From an uncultured cyanobacterium (GTDB lineage Bacteria; Cyanobacteriota; Cyanobacteriia; PCC-6307; Cyanobiaceae): 64,000 nucleotides of DNA. The DNA lies in contig CAVXWZ010000001.1 of NCBI GenBank assembly GCA_963765575.1, positions 365,784-429,783 of the forward strand. The letters are read 5' to 3'. How positions within the stretch are numbered: position 1 is the first letter of the stretch; each line of letters begins with the position of its first letter. The position numbers and the translations under genes were made by a program. This document shows, piece by piece, positions 62,166 to 64,000 of this stretch. The notes below the pieces were generated by a model. The model had not been told where the DNA came from, did not search any database, and worked only from the letters and a program-made list of their open reading frames with translations.

Positions 62166-62453
62166 ATGCGCCTCGACGACCTACTGGCACAGGCTCCAAG
62201 GATCCGGGAGATCGCCATGGCCCATGGCGCCAGCAATCTGGCAGCGTTTGGGTCCGTGGCCCGTGATCAGGCTGGACCCGACAGTGATCTGGATCTGCTG
62301 GTGGATCTGCCTCCCCGCACCGGTCTCCTGGACCGCATTGCCCTGAAGCAGGCCCTGGAAGACACGCTGCACTGCCGCGTCGATCTGATTCGCCGCCGCA
62401 ATCTCAGGCCTACCGCTCTGGCCTCTGCTCAGCGGGACGCGATTCCTCTTTGA
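62166..62453 (+). CDS. MNT antitoxin
   Basis: AFGSVARDQAGPDSDLDLLV. Confidence 0.88.
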   Translation: MRLDDLLAQAPRIREIAMAHGASNLAAFGSVARDQAGPDSDLDLLVDLPPRTGLLDRIALKQALEDTLHCRVDLIRRRNLRPTALASAQRDAIPL

Positions 62454-62560
62454 TGGAGCCCAGGGATCGTGATGCCTTGCGCGACATCCTGACAACGATC
62501 CGACGGGTTCAAGGATTTCCCATTCCTGATCGAGAGACGCTATCGGAGAGAAGTCCATAG
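62453..62560 (+). pseudogene. DUF86/HepT N-terminal fragment
   Basis: MEPRDRDALRDILTTIRRV coupled to the MNT gene, then similarity is lost. Confidence 0.5.
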
Positions 62561-62938
62561 TCACCACGACCTTGGCTGGAGAGCCTTCAAGGAGAACGCT
62601 TGGCATCGCCCTCATGTCGATGGCTCAAGCCCAGACAATCATGAGCCGTGACCGTTGATTCCATAACGGAAGGCTTGCACGGTGCCTCCGCTCTGGCTTT
62701 TCATCAGATCACGAACTGAGCACCAACGGGGTTTGTACGGGCCCACGTGCTTCACGCATTTTCTGGTTCTGCAGATCCAGGCTGGTACTGAGCAGAAAGG
62801 CCGGGGGGTTGCGTTTCGGGACTGCATTGCTCTTGTGGTATTTAAGTCCCATCTTGACTGCATAGGCCGTCGCACGCTTGATCTCAGTATCCGGCGATTG
62901 CGATTGCGGCCCCGTTGCAAGGAAAATCTGGCCAGCGT

Positions 62939-63761
62939 TCAGGGTGAGATATTCCGACTGCCACCTTCCTCTTGTGGCAGTGATGCCACTGGCCGACCAG
63001 GTTGCCGGACTGGCCTCCTGGTCTCCGTTGTGATCCGTGCCCGGGTGCGCGACAGCGGAAGGGAGGAATCCGACAACCGACCGTTGTGCTCAACCATCAC
63101 GGCCGCGGACGCCGGTTTCAGGTGGGTCATGCCCGCCCGCAGAGCACTCGCGAGGGCGCGCGTATCGCCCAGGGCCGTGTGAGCAGCAGCAGCGCTCAGC
63201 TCCACTCCATGGCGAGCGCAGAGTTTCGCCAGCTTCACCCGTGGGGTGGGCATGGTGTCAATGCCCCTGCCCAGGTTGAGACGGATGCCATCAACCTCAG
63301 CGAAATGGGCTACGAGGATCGGCCCATCAAAGCTGTGGAGATTGTGGGCCACCAGAACATGCTGGTGCAGCTTGGCGGCCCCAGGGCCCCGGCGATCTGC
63401 TCGAACGACGGAGCATCGCTCACCAGTTCGTTATCGATGCCGTGCACATAAGCGTTGGGGATCGATAGTCCGGGATGCACCAGCGTTTCCCATTCCTCTG
63501 TGATTCTTCCTTGTGGATCCAGGCGAACCAGAGCGATCTCCACGATGCGGCAGGAGCGCCCGGTCCCGGTCGTTTCCAGGTCAAGGACTGCGAACCCGTT
63601 CGCACCGCCGGGCCACTTCGGGCAAAGCCGGCGCCTGGCGGCCTGCACAGCAGCAACTGACACCGATTCCGATTTTCTCTCCGATGCAGTTGTCCGCGGT
63701 GGTGGTGGCGGCGGAGGTGGTAGAGGGGAAGTGGGGCGCTTTGGTCGTTGCGACCGCTCAT
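62939..63761 (-). CDS. DEDD 3'-5' exonuclease (DnaQ-like; frameshifted, possibly truncated)
   Basis: VLDLETTG, IVEIA, VHGI, AHN..FD, HTALGDTRA. Confidence 0.82.
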
Positions 63762-63763
63762 AG

Positions 63764-64000
63764 CACCTGGAGCACCTGCGATACCAGCATGTTTTGATTC
63801 TCTCCGGCGACCATCTCTATCGAATGGATTACCGCCATTATCTCAAGACCCACCTGGATAACAATGCCGATGTCACCATCGCAGGAAAAATGCTGCCGCG
63901 TGAACGCGCAGGGTCACTTGGAGTTATCGGTACTGAAGGCGACCGCATAACCAGGTTCTATGAAAAACCGGACCCCAGAAACCTTGGCAGAACTAGGAAA
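63764..64000 (+). pseudogene. glgC: Internal fragment of glucose-1-phosphate adenylyltransferase
   Basis: VLILSGDHLYRMDY...ADVTI...GVI...RITRFYEKP, directly after an in-frame TAG with no N terminus. Confidence 0.75.

Overview
High-GC DNA from a picocyanobacterium, probably Cyanobium/Synechococcus-like; the evidence is the OCP-crtW-frp photoprotection operon. Many genes carry single-base frameshifts, most likely long-read indel errors, so boundaries of split genes are approximate. 1-22 kb: backbone genes. The four ligase-associated DNA-damage genes (exonuclease, ATP-dependent ligase, Lhr-type helicase, PdeM) keep their usual order, but are separated by a type III PKS trio, the OCP operon and signalling genes. 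About 22.3-48 kb: a defence island with a DUF3427 helicase remnant, a DUF262 protein, a type I R-M system with HigBA and VapBC nested inside it, an ABC-ATPase/HNH pair coupled to hsdS, a large ORF plus PIN pair, BrnTA and an HNH nuclease. The most striking feature is at 40.5-47.6 kb. About seven co-oriented copies of a degenerate repeat (the upstream motif and 5' part of a dead gene) recur every 0.8-1.2 kb, and each interval holds a toxin-antitoxin module. This looks like an integron-like cassette array, with no integrase or attC sites seen in the window. 48-56 kb: dcd, GH57, an acyl-CoA ligase, a 4Fe-4S/cNMP protein and a J-domain protein. At 56.3 kb a 3' fragment of a tRNA(CAT) next to an excisionase-like gene marks the probable end of a second island. 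That island holds IS remnants, PrlF/YhaV, further TA remnants, a DEDD exonuclease and a headless glgC fragment.
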